The position numbers and the translations under genes are program-made. From Eledone cirrhosa (taxonomy: Eukaryota): DNA of 64,000 nt. The stretch covers positions 32,364,001-32,428,000 of the forward strand of contig OZ024745.1 of assembly GCA_964016885.1 (NCBI GenBank), given 5' to 3'. Below, piece after piece: positions 13,411 to 25,700 of the stretch. Position 1 is the stretch's first letter; each line of letters starts with the position of its first letter. The notes under the pieces were generated by a model that did no database searches, had not been told where the DNA came from, and was given only the letters and a program-made list of their open reading frames with translations.

Positions 13411-13617
13411 CAGGCATATCAAACATGTGGCTCTTTACAAGCACACCTGCATTCCACACAAAGGTTTATACAGTGCGAGCATGTTTTATCTTCGTAATAT
13501 AAAATAAAAAAGATTAGTTGTAATGTGCGCAATTACTTGTCGTGTGTGGCCCTCAGACAACACAGACAACATGTGTGACCCATGTGGCCCTTGGGGACCC
13601 TCAGTTTGACATGCCTG
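13411..13617. mobile_element. hAT-type MITE (207 bp)
   Basis: TIR CAGGCATATCAAAC / GTTTGACATGCCTG (13/14) and exact 8-bp TSD TAATAGAG (13403-13410, 13618-13625). Confidence 0.92.
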
Positions 13618-13743
13618 TAATAGAGGATTCTTCATTCACTAGTTAAACAGTAATAATGGCAACACAGGCAGTAAGTGGAATTGCTTTACATCCAATTTTG
13701 TAAATGTAGTGAAATCAGGAATACATTAAATATAAAGAAACAT

Positions 13744-13905
13744 TTAAGTCTTTAGCATTTAAACTGAGTGTACCTGGCCAGAATCCTCTCACCTCTTTCT
13801 GTTCAAACCGACCGTAACCTGCCACTCATACCAACGTTAAGGTATTGTTTTCAAAATCTCATAGATTCGATATTATGTGAGATAATTATGTGAGGTAAAG
13901 TATTT
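13744..13905. mobile_element. Partial piggyBac-like MITE, inverted relative to 11194-11414
   Basis: GGCCAGAATCCTCTCACCTCTTTCTGTTCAAA and CAAAATCTCATAGATTCGATATTATG are shared with the other copies. Confidence 0.8.
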
Positions 13906-15024
13906 ACCATGAAAATACTATAGCAGAGCAAACCAAAGCAGGGTTCATCAATAACAAGAACTTCATGAATTAATATTCCATTTTTTATTAATCCTACTGT
14001 ATATTGTGTATGTTTGTTGTTTGTATAAATCAGTAGGGACCTCACACACTATGCAAGTGTGTGTACACTATGTTTGACACCAATGGTTTAAGTGTAGGAT
14101 GCAAGAAGTGAGGATGGAAATCCCGAGAAATGCCTGAGAAGTGGTCAGAAGAAAATGTGGTACCTCCTCCGAGTGATAATGATAAATCTGGTTTAAAGAA
14201 AAATGTGGTAAGTATCAGAGAAATGAGAGTGAGGTGGGTGAGTAGCAAAAATAGGGTTGGTCAGAGAGTTTAGCAAAGAATTTATTTGAACAAAAGGTCA
14301 GGATGAAGTTAGGTGCATGTGAGTGTATAGTAGAAAGAATGGAGAATACAGAGTTGTGAAAGAACTGCTGGAGAGATATATATAGACCTGTAGTCTGGTC
14401 CAAGACAAAAGGTCAAGATGGAAGTGGGGGTTAAATGTGTGTGTGTGTGCATATCCATGTGTGTGTGTGTGTGTATATTTTTTTAAAAGTGAATTGTGTG
14501 TATGTCTGTTGTGTGTTAAAATGGGAATGTGTATTTTTGTAATAGTATGTGTGTGTAGTTCAGTCTATGTATGTGTTTGAGTGCATTGCCAATGAGATTG
14601 GGTGTATGTATGTGTGTATGTGTGTGTGTGTGTATATTTATGTGTGTATGTTCCTAGATGAACTGTGCCTGTGTACCAAGTGGTGAGTATGTGTTTTTAT
14701 TAGTGTGTGTGTGACTGTATGGGTATGTTTAATGCTAGAGAGAGTGCATGCATATGTATAAGTGTGTGTGTGTATGCATGTGTACTTGTCTAGATGTGTG
14801 TGTGTCTAAGTCCATATGAATGTATTCAAATGTAAGTCTGTGTGTGTGTTTACTTGATTATGAATGTGTGAGCAACAAGGTGTGTGTCTGTGACACTGTG
14901 TGCCAAGTATGCTATCATTTTCAAGTGCATGCTTGTCTGTGTGTGTTTGTCTATCTCAAGTTGGTGTGAAGTATTGAAGTGGGTCCATGGTTACATGTTG
15001 GATTAGAGTGTATACAGATGTATA

Positions 15025-16557
15025 GGACATGTGTGAACACTCATGTGGGACTGTGTAGGTGTGTAGCAGACATGTAGATGTGTGAACACTCATGTGGGAC
15101 TGTGTAGGTGTGTAGCAGACATGTAGATGTGTGTTGATCATGTGGAACTGTGTAGGTGTGTGTTGATCATGTGGGACTGTAGGTGTGTAGCAGACATGTG
15201 GGTGTGTGTTGATCATGTGGAACTGTGTAGGTGTGTAGCAGACATGTGGGTGTGTGTTGATCATGTGGGACTGTGTAGGTGTGTAGCAGACATGTGGGTG
15301 TGTGTTGATCATGTGGAACTGTGTAGGTGTGTAGCAGACATGTGGGTGTGTGTTGATCATGTGGGACTGTGTAGGTGTGTAGCAGACATGTAGATGTGTG
15401 TTGATCATGTGGAACTGTGTAGGTGTGTAGCAGACATGTGGGTGTGTGTTGATCATGTGGGACTGTGTAGGTGTGTAGCAGACATGTGGGTGTGTGTTGA
15501 TCATGTGGGACTGTGTAGGTGTGTAGCAGACATGTAGATGTGTGTTGATCATGTGGGACTGTGTAGGTGTGTAGCAGACATGTGGGTGTGTGTTGATCAT
15601 GAGGGACTGTAGGTGTGTAGCAGACATGTGGGTGTGTGTTGATCATGTGGGACTGTAGGTGTGTAGCAGACATGTGGGTGTGTGTTGATCATGTGGGACT
15701 GTGTAGGTGTGTAGCAGACATGTGGGTGTGTGTTGATCATGTGGGACTGTGTAGGTGTGTAGCAGACATGTGGGTGTGTGTTGATCATGTGGGACTGTGT
15801 AGGTGTGTAGCAGACATGTGGGTGTGTGTTGATCATGTGGGACTGTGTAGGTGTGTAGCAGACATGTGGGTGTGTGTTGATCATGTGGGACTGTGTAGGT
15901 GTGTAGCAGACATGTGGGTGTGTGTTGATCATGTGGGACTGTGTAGGTGTGTAGCAGACATGTGGGTGTGTGTTGATCATGTGGGACTGTGTAGGTGTGT
16001 AGCAGACATGTGGGTGTGTGTTGATCATGTGGAACTGTGTAGGTGTGTAGCAGACATGTGGGTGTGTGTTGATCATGTGGGACTGTGTAGGTGTGTAGCA
16101 GACATGTGGGTGTGTGTTGATCATGTGGGACTGTGTAGGTGTGTAGCAGACATGTGAGTGTGTGTTGATCATGTGGGACTGTGTAGGTGTGTAGCAGACA
16201 TGTGGGTGTGTGTTGATCATGTGGGACTGTGTAGGTGTGTAGCAGACATGTAGATGTGTGTTGATCATGTGGAACTGTGTAGTTGTGTAGCAGACATGTG
16301 GGTGTGTTGATCATGTGGGACTGTGTAGGTGTGTAGCAGACATGTGGGTGGGTGTTGATCATGTGGGACTGTGTAGGTGTGTAGCAGACATGTAGATGTG
16401 TGTTGATCATGTGGGACTGTGTAGGTGTGTAGCAGACATGTGGGTGTGTGTTGATCATGAGGGACTGTAGGTGTGTAGCAGACATGTGGGTGTGTGTTGA
16501 TCATGTGGGACTGTGTAGGTGTGTAGCAGACATGTGGGTGTGTGTTGATCATGTGGG
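15025..16557. repeat. 48-bp GT-rich minisatellite, about 32 copies
   Basis: Unit GTGTGTTGATCATGTGGGACTGTGTAGGTGTGTAGCAGACATGTGG(GT); 16-aa periodicity in the ORF track. Confidence 0.97.
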
Positions 16558-16906
16558 GGCATCTGCACAAGGGGATAGTAAGTGATTATGGGGTGTGTAG
16601 TGTGGTATGGTAAGGAAGTATATGCTAGAAGAATTGGGGTGGTGCGTGGATATGTTGTTATGGGTGTGTGGAGGTTTGGAAAGAGAGGATATAGATATAT
16701 ACATTTATACATACACACACATGAACATATATATATATATATATAGCTGGCTTTGTTGAAACATTAAAGCTATGTTGTAAGAAACTGAATATTCAAAATT
16801 ATATACACACTATTATAAATATTCACTTCTGCCCCCCCCCCCCCCCCTTGTGGACTATATAAATATATAGATCACTAGAACTGAACATAATATATATACA
16901 TATATA

Positions 16907-16941
<35 letters not shown>

Positions 16942-17026
16942 GTATGTATGTATGTATGTATGTATATGTATGTATGTATGTATATGTATGTATTATGTAT
17001 ATGTATGTATATATATATATATGTAT

Positions 17027-17493
17027 ACCTCTCCAAGACAATGTCACTGGACCGAGACCTTTGGCGGTACTCAGTAACAGAGAAGACCCGCCTTACCTAA
17101 ATACATAGTAAAACCTACTACAGCCAGTAGGCATCTCTAACAAAATACACCCTGTCCCACCACCACCACCCCCACCCCATCCACACCACCCCGTTCTATG
17201 TAAAGTTATGTTGGTGCCGCGCCATCCAGGCCGAAACAAATGAGATCGTGTAGGTTTCACAACAAAAAAACACACAGTCCACGCTGTAATGTGGCCGTGT
17301 AGGCAACACGGTAAAAACCTCCCAGACCCACACTGTAAATGTGGTTGGTGTTAGGAAGGGCATCCAACTGTAGAAAACCTGCCAGACAGTCCTATGCGAG
17401 CAAGACAATCACTCTTGCCTCAAGTGGGACTACCCCCGTCCAAACCCATGCAAGCGTGGAACACGGACGTTAGACGTTGATGATGATGATGAT
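17027..17493 (+). mobile_element. RTE LINE 3'-terminal fragment (ORF end, 3' UTR, (GAT)n tail)
   Basis: Encodes LSKTMSLDRDLWRYSVTEKTRLT*, identical to the C-terminus of ORF 23148-26018; near-identical 3' UTR. Confidence 0.95.
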
Positions 17494-17585
17494 GTATGTA
17501 TATGTATGTATATATATGTATGTAAGTCATCATCATCATCATTTCATTTTACGTCCGCTTTTCCCTGCTTGCAAGGGTATGTATG

Positions 17586-18541
17586 TCATCATCATCATCA
17601 TCATCGTTTAACGTCCATGTTCCACGCTTGCATGGGTTTGGACGGGAGTTTTCCCACTTGAGGCAAGAGTGGTTGTCTTGCTCGCATAGGACTGTCTGGC
17701 GGGTTTTCTACAGCTGGATGCCCTTCCTAACACCAACCACATTTACAGTGTGGGGCTGGGAGGTTTTTACCATGTTGCCTACACGGCCACATTACAGCGT
17801 GGACTGTGTGTTTTTTTGTTGTGACACCTACACGATCTCATTTGTTTCGGCCTGTGACATTGTCTTGGAGATGTGTAAGTGTGTGAGGTTGGAATTTATC
17901 AGGTCGTCCCAGGTTTTTCTGGGTCTGCCTACTCCGTGGCTACCGTCTATCTTTATTGCCCTGCACTTTGTTATACAGCTGTCGTCTTTCATGCGCATCA
18001 CGTGACCATACCAACGTAGCCTTCTCTCGAGTAAACATCTAATCCCTCTTATTTCTAATTTTTTCCTTAGTTCATTTATACTTTGCCGTTCACGTATATT
18101 ACTATTACACGTCCAGTGGAGCATGCAAGCTTCGTTCCTCTCTAGTCTGCGTATATCCTCTGCACACAATGCCCAGGTCTCACTGCCATGCAACATTGCT
18201 GTTCGTATGCAGGCATCGTACAACCTGCCTTTCATTTTTAGGGAGAACCCTTTAGCGGCTAATAGTGGTATAAGCTCTCTGAAATTTTTCCATCCAGTTC
18301 TGACTCTAGCTACTGTACTTTCAGAGCACCCTCCCCCACTGCTGATTTTGTCACCCAGGTAACGGAAGCTGTCCACTATTTCTATGGAACCCTCTGCGCA
18401 ATTGAAAGAGCTAGTATTTTGTGGGCACTTGCTGCTACTTATTGCACCAGAGCACCGGCCACATGTAAAATCTATGTTCTTAGTTAGCTTACCTGTGATC
18501 CCACTACATCTTTTATGCACCCATACTTTGCATTTGGGACA
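17586..18541 (-). mobile_element. 5'-truncated RTE LINE with an internal deletion over the ORF stop and proximal 3' UTR
   Basis: Peptide [12 protein letters not shown]...HLHISKTMS nearly identical to ORF 23148-26018; jumps into the 3' UTR at about 17853. Confidence 0.95.
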
Positions 18542-18563
18542 TATGTATATATATATGTATGTG

Positions 18564-18596
<33 letters not shown>

Positions 18597-18643
18597 GTAT
18601 ATATATATATGTATATGTATGTATGTATATATATATATGTATG

Positions 18644-18674
<31 letters not shown>

Positions 18675-18733
18675 ATATATATATATGTATGTATGTATAT
18701 ATATATATGTATGTATGTATATATATATGTATG

Positions 18734-18776
<43 letters not shown>

Positions 18777-19198
18777 ATATATATATATATGTATGTATAT
18801 ATATATATATATGTATGTATATATATATGTATGTATGTATATATATATATATGTATGTATATATATATATATGTATGTATATATATATATATGTATGTAT
18901 ATATATATATATGTATGTATATATATATATATGTATGTATGTATGTATGTATATATATATATATGTATGTATATATATATATATGTATGTATGTATGTAT
19001 GTATATATATATATATATGTATGTATATATATATATATGTATGTATATATATATATATGTATGTATATATATATATATGTATGTATGTATGTATATATAT
19101 ATATATGTATGTATGTATATATATATATATATGTATGTATGTATATATATATATATATGTATGTATGTATGTATGTATATATATATATATGTATGTAT
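18542..19198. repeat. (TA)n/(TATG)n compound microsatellite
   Basis: Read directly. Confidence 0.98.
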
Positions 19199-19736
19199 AC
19201 TAAACTGGCAACCCCACCAAGGTTTCTTGGTGAGGAGGGTGACTTTGGACATCCTGCAGGACTAAAAACAAAACCTGTCAAAGGGCAAAGGAGCTCTTAA
19301 GAGTCAATGGCCATCCAAAATCACTGGGAGAGATGACCCCTTAGCCTTTGTCAAGGCAGAATTCTAGGAGAAGGAAAACTCTGATATAACACCTGCAACC
19401 CTGATGGTATCCAATGATGTTGACTTGTTCTTCTTTTTGGTAAATATCATCTTGGTTAAGAGAGTGGGACTGGCTTTGTGCAGTGCCTTTGCTCACTATA
19501 AAAGCTTCACGGCACAGGCATTGCTTTATATCTGGAGATCTCTCTGCACTTGCCGTCACATGGTACCATGGGCCCAGCACTATGTGTCAATAATTGTCAC
19601 AAGTGTAGTGTTTGTACCAGAGTTTTCAAGTCGCTGGCTGGACTAAAAAGTCACACTCGTTCAGCGCATCGGTAGGGGTTCTCCTACATGGATATAAAGT
19701 AGTGGCCGTACTCGAAAACGAGTTGGCAGCCACCAT
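19199..19736 (+). mobile_element. Non-autonomous RTE-derived element (5' UTR joined to C2H2 zinc-finger 3' end), copy 1
   Basis: RTE-type 5' motif CTAGGAGAAGGAAAACTCTGA; ends in [23 protein letters not shown] and the 3' stem-loop ACTCG-AAAA-CGAGT; set in (TA)n. Confidence 0.7.
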
Positions 19737-19836
19737 ATATGTATGTATATATATATATATGTATGTATATATATATATATGTATGTATATATATATGTAT
19801 GTATATATATATATATGTATGTATATATATATGTAT

Positions 19837-20320
19837 AGGGCAAAGGAGCTCTTAAGAGTCAATGGCCATCCAAAATCACCGGGAGAGATGACCCCTTTAG
19901 CCTTAGTCAAGGCAGAATTCTAGGAGAAGGAAAACTCTGATATAACACCTGCAACCCTGATGGTATCCAATGATGTTGACTTGTTCTTCTTTTTGGTAAA
20001 TAGCATCTTGGTTAAGAGAGTGGGACTGGCTTTGTGCAGTGCCTTTGCTCACTATAAAAGCTTCACGGCACAGGCATTGCTTTATATCTGGAGATCTCTC
20101 TGCACTTGTCCTCACATGGGCCCAGCACTATGTGTCAATAATTGTCCTACCATGGGCCTAGCACTATGTGTCAATAATTGTCACAGGTGTAGTGTTTGTA
20201 CCAGAGGTTTCAAGTCGCTGGCTGGACTAAAAAGTCACACTCGTTCAGCGCTTCGGTAGGGGTTATCCTACATGGATGTAAAGTAGTGGCCGTACTCGAA
20301 AACGAGTTGGCAGCCACCAT
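19837..20320 (+). mobile_element. Non-autonomous RTE-derived element, copy 2 (5'-truncated)
   Basis: Near-identical to 19283-19736, with an internal ~35-bp duplication and the last zinc-finger His changed to Leu. Confidence 0.7.
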
Positions 20321-20847
20321 GTATATATATATATGTATGTATATATATATGTATGTATATATATATGTATGTATATATATATATGTATGTATATATATAT
20401 GTATGTATATATATATATGTATGTATATATATATGTATGTATATATATAAACGTTGATGATGATGATGATGATGTATGTATATATATATGTATGTATATA
20501 TATATGTATGTATATATATATGTATGTATATATATATGTATGTATATATATATGTATGTATATATATATGTATGCATATATATATATATGTATGTATATA
20601 TATATGTATGCATATATATATATATGTATATATATGTATGTATATATATGTATATATGTATGTATATATATATATGTATGTATATATATATATATATGTA
20701 TGTATATATATGTATATATGTATGTATATATATGTATATATGTATGTATATATATATATGTATGTATGTATATATATGTATATATGTATGTATATATATA
20801 TATGTATGTATATATATATATGTATATATATGTATATATATGTATGT

Positions 20848-20888
<41 letters not shown>

Positions 20889-20935
20889 TATGTATGTATA
20901 TATATATATATGTATGTATATATATATGTATGTAT

Positions 20936-20976
<41 letters not shown>

Positions 20977-21053
20977 TATATGTATGTATATATATATATA
21001 TGTATGTATATATATATATATGTATGCATATATATATATATATATATGTATGC

Positions 21054-21082
<29 letters not shown>
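20321..21082. repeat. (TA)n/(TATG)n microsatellite with an embedded RTE tail tip (AAACGTTGATGATG...)
   Basis: Read directly. Confidence 0.97.
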
Positions 21083-21084
<2 letters not shown>

Positions 21085-21424
21085 AAAACAAATAACGAAA
21101 CGAAATTAAATTTCGTTTCGTTTATATATGTATGCATATCTATATCAATCTATCTCTCTATCTCTCTAAATATACTTTCTAAATATACATTTAATTGGCG
21201 TGACACCCCCTCCTTCTGCTCACAGGTAAACAAAACCTGATAATTCTCACTGACTGACTCATCCATTCACTAATAACTCACTCTCACGCCATTCATCTAA
21301 TCCAATAATATTCCATAGAAGCAACACACTTTGCCTTTCTTCACAGATCTTCCATAAGACAAAGAAATGATACGGAGTTTAACTGGAAGGAAAAATAGAG
21401 ATGGACAAAAATTGTTATACCTTA

Positions 21425-22180
21425 CACTACCACCTCCACCTCTACCTGACTACACCACCACCACCGATTGCCTACACTTCCACCACTTGCTTATACCACC
21501 ATTACTACCACCTTCACAATCTTCCTACACCGCTACCACCACCACCTTCCTACACCGCTACCACAGACCACCTACACTACCATAATCTTTCTACACCATA
21601 ACAATGGCCTACCTACACCACCACCACCACCACCTGTCTACACCACCACCACCACCATCTTCCTACACCACCACCACCATCTTCCTACACCACCACCACA
21701 ATCTTCCTACACCACAACCACGGCCCACCTACACCTACACCACCACCACCTGTCTACACCACTAATTACCTACACCACCACCACTTGCCTATACCACCAC
21801 TACCACCACCACCACCAGCACCACCACAATCTTCGTACACCACAACCACGGCCCACCTACACCTCCACCACCATCACCACCACCACCACCACCATCTTCC
21901 TACACCACAACCACAGCCACCTACACCACCACCTGTCTACACCACAACCACCTACACCACAACCACCACCACAACCACCACCACCACCACTACCACCACT
22001 ACAACCACGGCCACCTACACCACCACCATCTTCCTACACTACAACCACGGCCCACCTACATGACCATCATTACCATTACCAACATCATCATCAGCACCAC
22101 AACCACGGCCACCTACACCACCATCATTACCATTACCAACATCACCACCACCACAACCACCTACACCATCCTCACCATCA
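21425..22180. repeat. Degenerate (CCA)n-based minisatellite
   Basis: Recurrent CCTACACCACCACC and CAACCACGGCCCACCTACA units. Confidence 0.85.
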
Positions 22181-22482
22181 GTCCCTTCACCTTCTTGTTC
22201 TATTCCTCATCAATCATTAATTTACTCATTGACATAATTATCTCCCATATCATATTCTTCTTTGTCTATATATTTCTACTTTTAAAATATTTATTTCTCT
22301 TTCTGTTTGCTTTAGATTTTTGGTGATTTAAAAAAAATTATTTTTTTAGCTTTAGCTATCCTTTTAAAGTTTGCTTCTTTTAATAAATTTTACATTTTCC
22401 TTTTGTTCACCTATATATAATAATGATAATAATAATAGGTATAAATTGAAGTTGTAGTCGCAATATAGCAGATACCAATCAA

Positions 22483-22513
<31 letters not shown>

Positions 22514-22560
22514 ACTATAACTAACTGTTGTGTTACCACTTCTATATATATATATATATA

Positions 22561-22703
22561 AGTGGTAACACAACAGTTAGTTCACCATACCGAGAACAAT
22601 TGTTTCACCTTAGCGGATCCTCAGCTCATAATGGTCATGGTTATAACCATGACCATTACAAGTTGAGGATCCGGTATGGTGAATTAACTGTTGTGTTACC
22701 ACT
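22561..22703. mobile_element. Fold-back element 1 (Penelope-like inverted pLTR derivative)
   Basis: Palindrome centred at 22643/22644; the right arm lacks about 23 nt; adjoins (TA)n; extra direct copy of the arm tip at 22522-22543. Confidence 0.8.
22592..22627 (-). ncRNA. Minimal type-I hammerhead ribozyme motif
   Basis: GAG-CUGAGGA-UCCGCUAAGGU-GAAAC-AAUU-GUU-CUC: 3-bp stem I, short stem II (U.U closing), palindromic stem/loop III. Confidence 0.72.
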
Positions 22704-22784
22704 TCTACCTAAATCGTCCCATGGACTGAGTGCTCTACCACTACGGATATTACCTTCCAGTGTTCTACCTCTCTCTCTCTATAT

Positions 22785-25700
22785 ATCATCATCATCATCA
22801 TCAACGTTTAACGTCCGTGTTCCACGCTTGCATGGGTTTGGACGGGGGTAGTCCCACTTGAGGCAAGAGTGATTGTCTTGCTCGCATAGGACTGTCTGGC
22901 AGGTTTTCTACAGTTGGATGCCCTTCCTAACACCAACCACATTTACAGTGTGGGTCTGGGAGGTTTTTACCGTGTTGCCTACACGGCCACATTACAGCGT
23001 GGACTGTGTGTTTTTTTGTCATGACACCTACACGATCTCATTTGTTTCGTGGCACCAACACAACTTTACATAGAACGGGGTGGTGGTGGGGGGGGGGGGG
23101 GATTTTGTTAGAGATGCCTACTGGCTGTAGTAGGTTTTACTATGTATTTAGGTAAGGCGGGTCTTCTCTGTTACTGAGTACCGCCAAAGGTCTCGGTCCA
23201 GTGACATTGTCTTGGAGAGGTGTAAGTGTGTGAGGTCGGAGTTTATCAGCTCGTCCCAGGTTTTTCTAGGTCTGCCTATTCCGTGGCTACCGTCTATCTT
23301 TATTGCCCTGCACTTTGTTATACAGCTATCGACTTTCATGCGCATCACATGTCCATACCAACGTAGCCTTCTCTCAAGTAAACAACATCTGATCCCTCTT
23401 ATTTCTAATTTTTTCCTTAGTTCGTTTATGCTTTGCCGTTCACGTATATTACTGTTACACATCCAGCGGAGCATGCAAGCTTCGTTCCTCTCTAGTCTGC
23501 GTATATCCTCTGCACACAATGCCCAGGTCTCACTGCCATGCAACATTGCTGTTCGTATGCAGGCATCGTACAACCTGCCTTTCATTTTTAGGGAGAACCC
23601 TTTAGCAGCTAATAGTGGTATAAGCTCTCTGAACTTTTTCCAACCAGTTCTGACTCTAGCTACTGTACTTTCAGAGCACCCTCCCCCACTGCTGATTTTA
23701 TCACCCAGGTAACGGAAACTGTCCACTATTTCTATAGAACCCTCTGCGCAATTGAAAGAGCTAGTATTTTGTGGGCACTTGCTGCTACTTATTGCACCAG
23801 AGCACCGGCCACATGTAAAATCTATGTTCTTAGTTAGCTTACCTGTGATCCCACTACATCTTTTATGCACCCATACTTTGCATTTAGGACATAAAATGGA
23901 GTTTCTACCTACGCCTTTCCTACACACCAAGCACGACCATTTCCCAGAAGGGACCGGCGCCTTATTTTCTTTCCTACAAACTAGAACTTTAGTCTTAGCC
24001 AGGTTAATTTTAAGGCCTTTTGATTCTAGGCCGTGCTTCCATGTTTGGAATTTCTTCTCTAGCTCGGCCATTGATTCCGCTATAAGTGTCAGGTCGTCTG
24101 CGTATAGGAGTTCCCATGGGCAGCCGGTCTTGAACTCCTCTGTTATAGCCTGAAGGACAATAATAAATATTAGGGGGCTGAGAACAGAGCCCTGATGGAC
24201 GCCAACTTTTACGCTAAACTCTTCACTATATTCGTTGTTAATTCTAACCTTGCTGACTGTTTCTTTATACATGGCTTGTATAGCTCTCACAAGCCATTCG
24301 TCAACGCCTAGTTTTCTAAGAGCCCACCAGATAATGGAGCGGGGGACTCTGTCGAAGGCTTCCTCCAAGTCGACAAAAGCTAAGTAGAGGGGTTTACCTT
24401 TAGCTAGGTACTTCTCCTGTAGTTGTCGTACAATGAAAAGAGCATCTGTGGTACTTTTGCCTGACACAAACCCGAACTGCATTTCATCTAGGTCAATTCT
24501 CTCTCTGATTAGTCGTGCTATTACTTTTTCCGTGACCTTCATGACCTGGTCGATTAATTTAATGCCTCTATAGTTACTCCTATCTAGGGCGTCTCCTTTA
24601 CCCTTATAACAGTTAACGATGATGCTGCTATGCCAGTCCTTCGGAACAACCCCATTCTGTACGACTTGGTTAACTATGCTGGTGACTATGGTGTGTCCCA
24701 CCGTGCCAGATGCCTTCAGCATCTCAGCAACTATTTCCGAAGGCCCAGCCGCCTTACCCGTCTTCATATCCTTGATTGCCTTACTTATTATACTCCCCTC
24801 GACTAACACTGCTGGTCCCTCTATTGGGTCGATATGGGGGAGACTGTCTTTCTCCCATTTATTCTCCTCATTTAGTAGCCTTTCATAGTGACACTTCCAA
24901 GCTACCTTCTTATCAGCGTCGGTGATGGCAAGTGTGCCATCGTCGTTTAGTACACACTTCTCCCCGACAATATCACGGTTTTCCTTGACGCATTGCCTAG
25001 CAATCCTGAACACCTCACGTTTTTGGTCATCGCGTTGTAGAACATGCTTGAACTTTCTTTCCTCAGCTTCCCTTCTTGCTAAGTACACTTGTCTCCTAGC
25101 TTCCCTCCTGGCCACTTGATAGTCTTCTCTACTTCCCCCATCCCGCCATACTTTCCAAGCCTGCTTTTTGGCCTTAATTGACCCCTCCACCTTACTGTTC
25201 CACCACCATGTTACTCTCCTCCTGCCTACAGGCCTGCTCCAGCCACAGACTTCGTCTGTCGCCAACAGCAGGTTTGCTTTCAGAAATTCCCACTCTCCCT
25301 CTATATTGTCCGACTCTAAATGTTCTTCCTTACTGTCGAAAGCATCAAGTAATATGCTTTGAAATTTATTCCTGGCTGTGGGGTCCTTTAGCTTCCATAT
25401 TTTTCTCCTGAGGATAGTCCTCTTCTGCTGTCGAGTACGTCTCGTCCTGACTATGAGGTCGCTAATTATCAGTCTATGTTGGGAGGTGCATTCTTCATGG
25501 GGGAGGGATTTAGTGTTTACATCAGACACTCTGTCACGTCTTCTGGTAAGGATATAATCTACCTGGCTTGTGTGTTCCCCGGATCTATAGGTGATCAGGT
25601 GATTGTCACGTTTTTTGAAGTTAGTGTTACAGATAGTTAGGTTATTTGCATCACAGAATTCCAGGATTCTGGAGCCTTCCTCATTTCTAGTACCAAACCC

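Noticed and set aside
14956-16570. His/Cys-rich repeat proteins
   Set aside because: Translations of the 48-bp minisatellite on both strands, with frameshifting unit variants.
18384-21240. Long Tyr/Ile/His ORFs, including the apparent 474-aa fusion
   Set aside because: Artefacts of stop-free (TA/TATG)n adjoining a truncated RTE.
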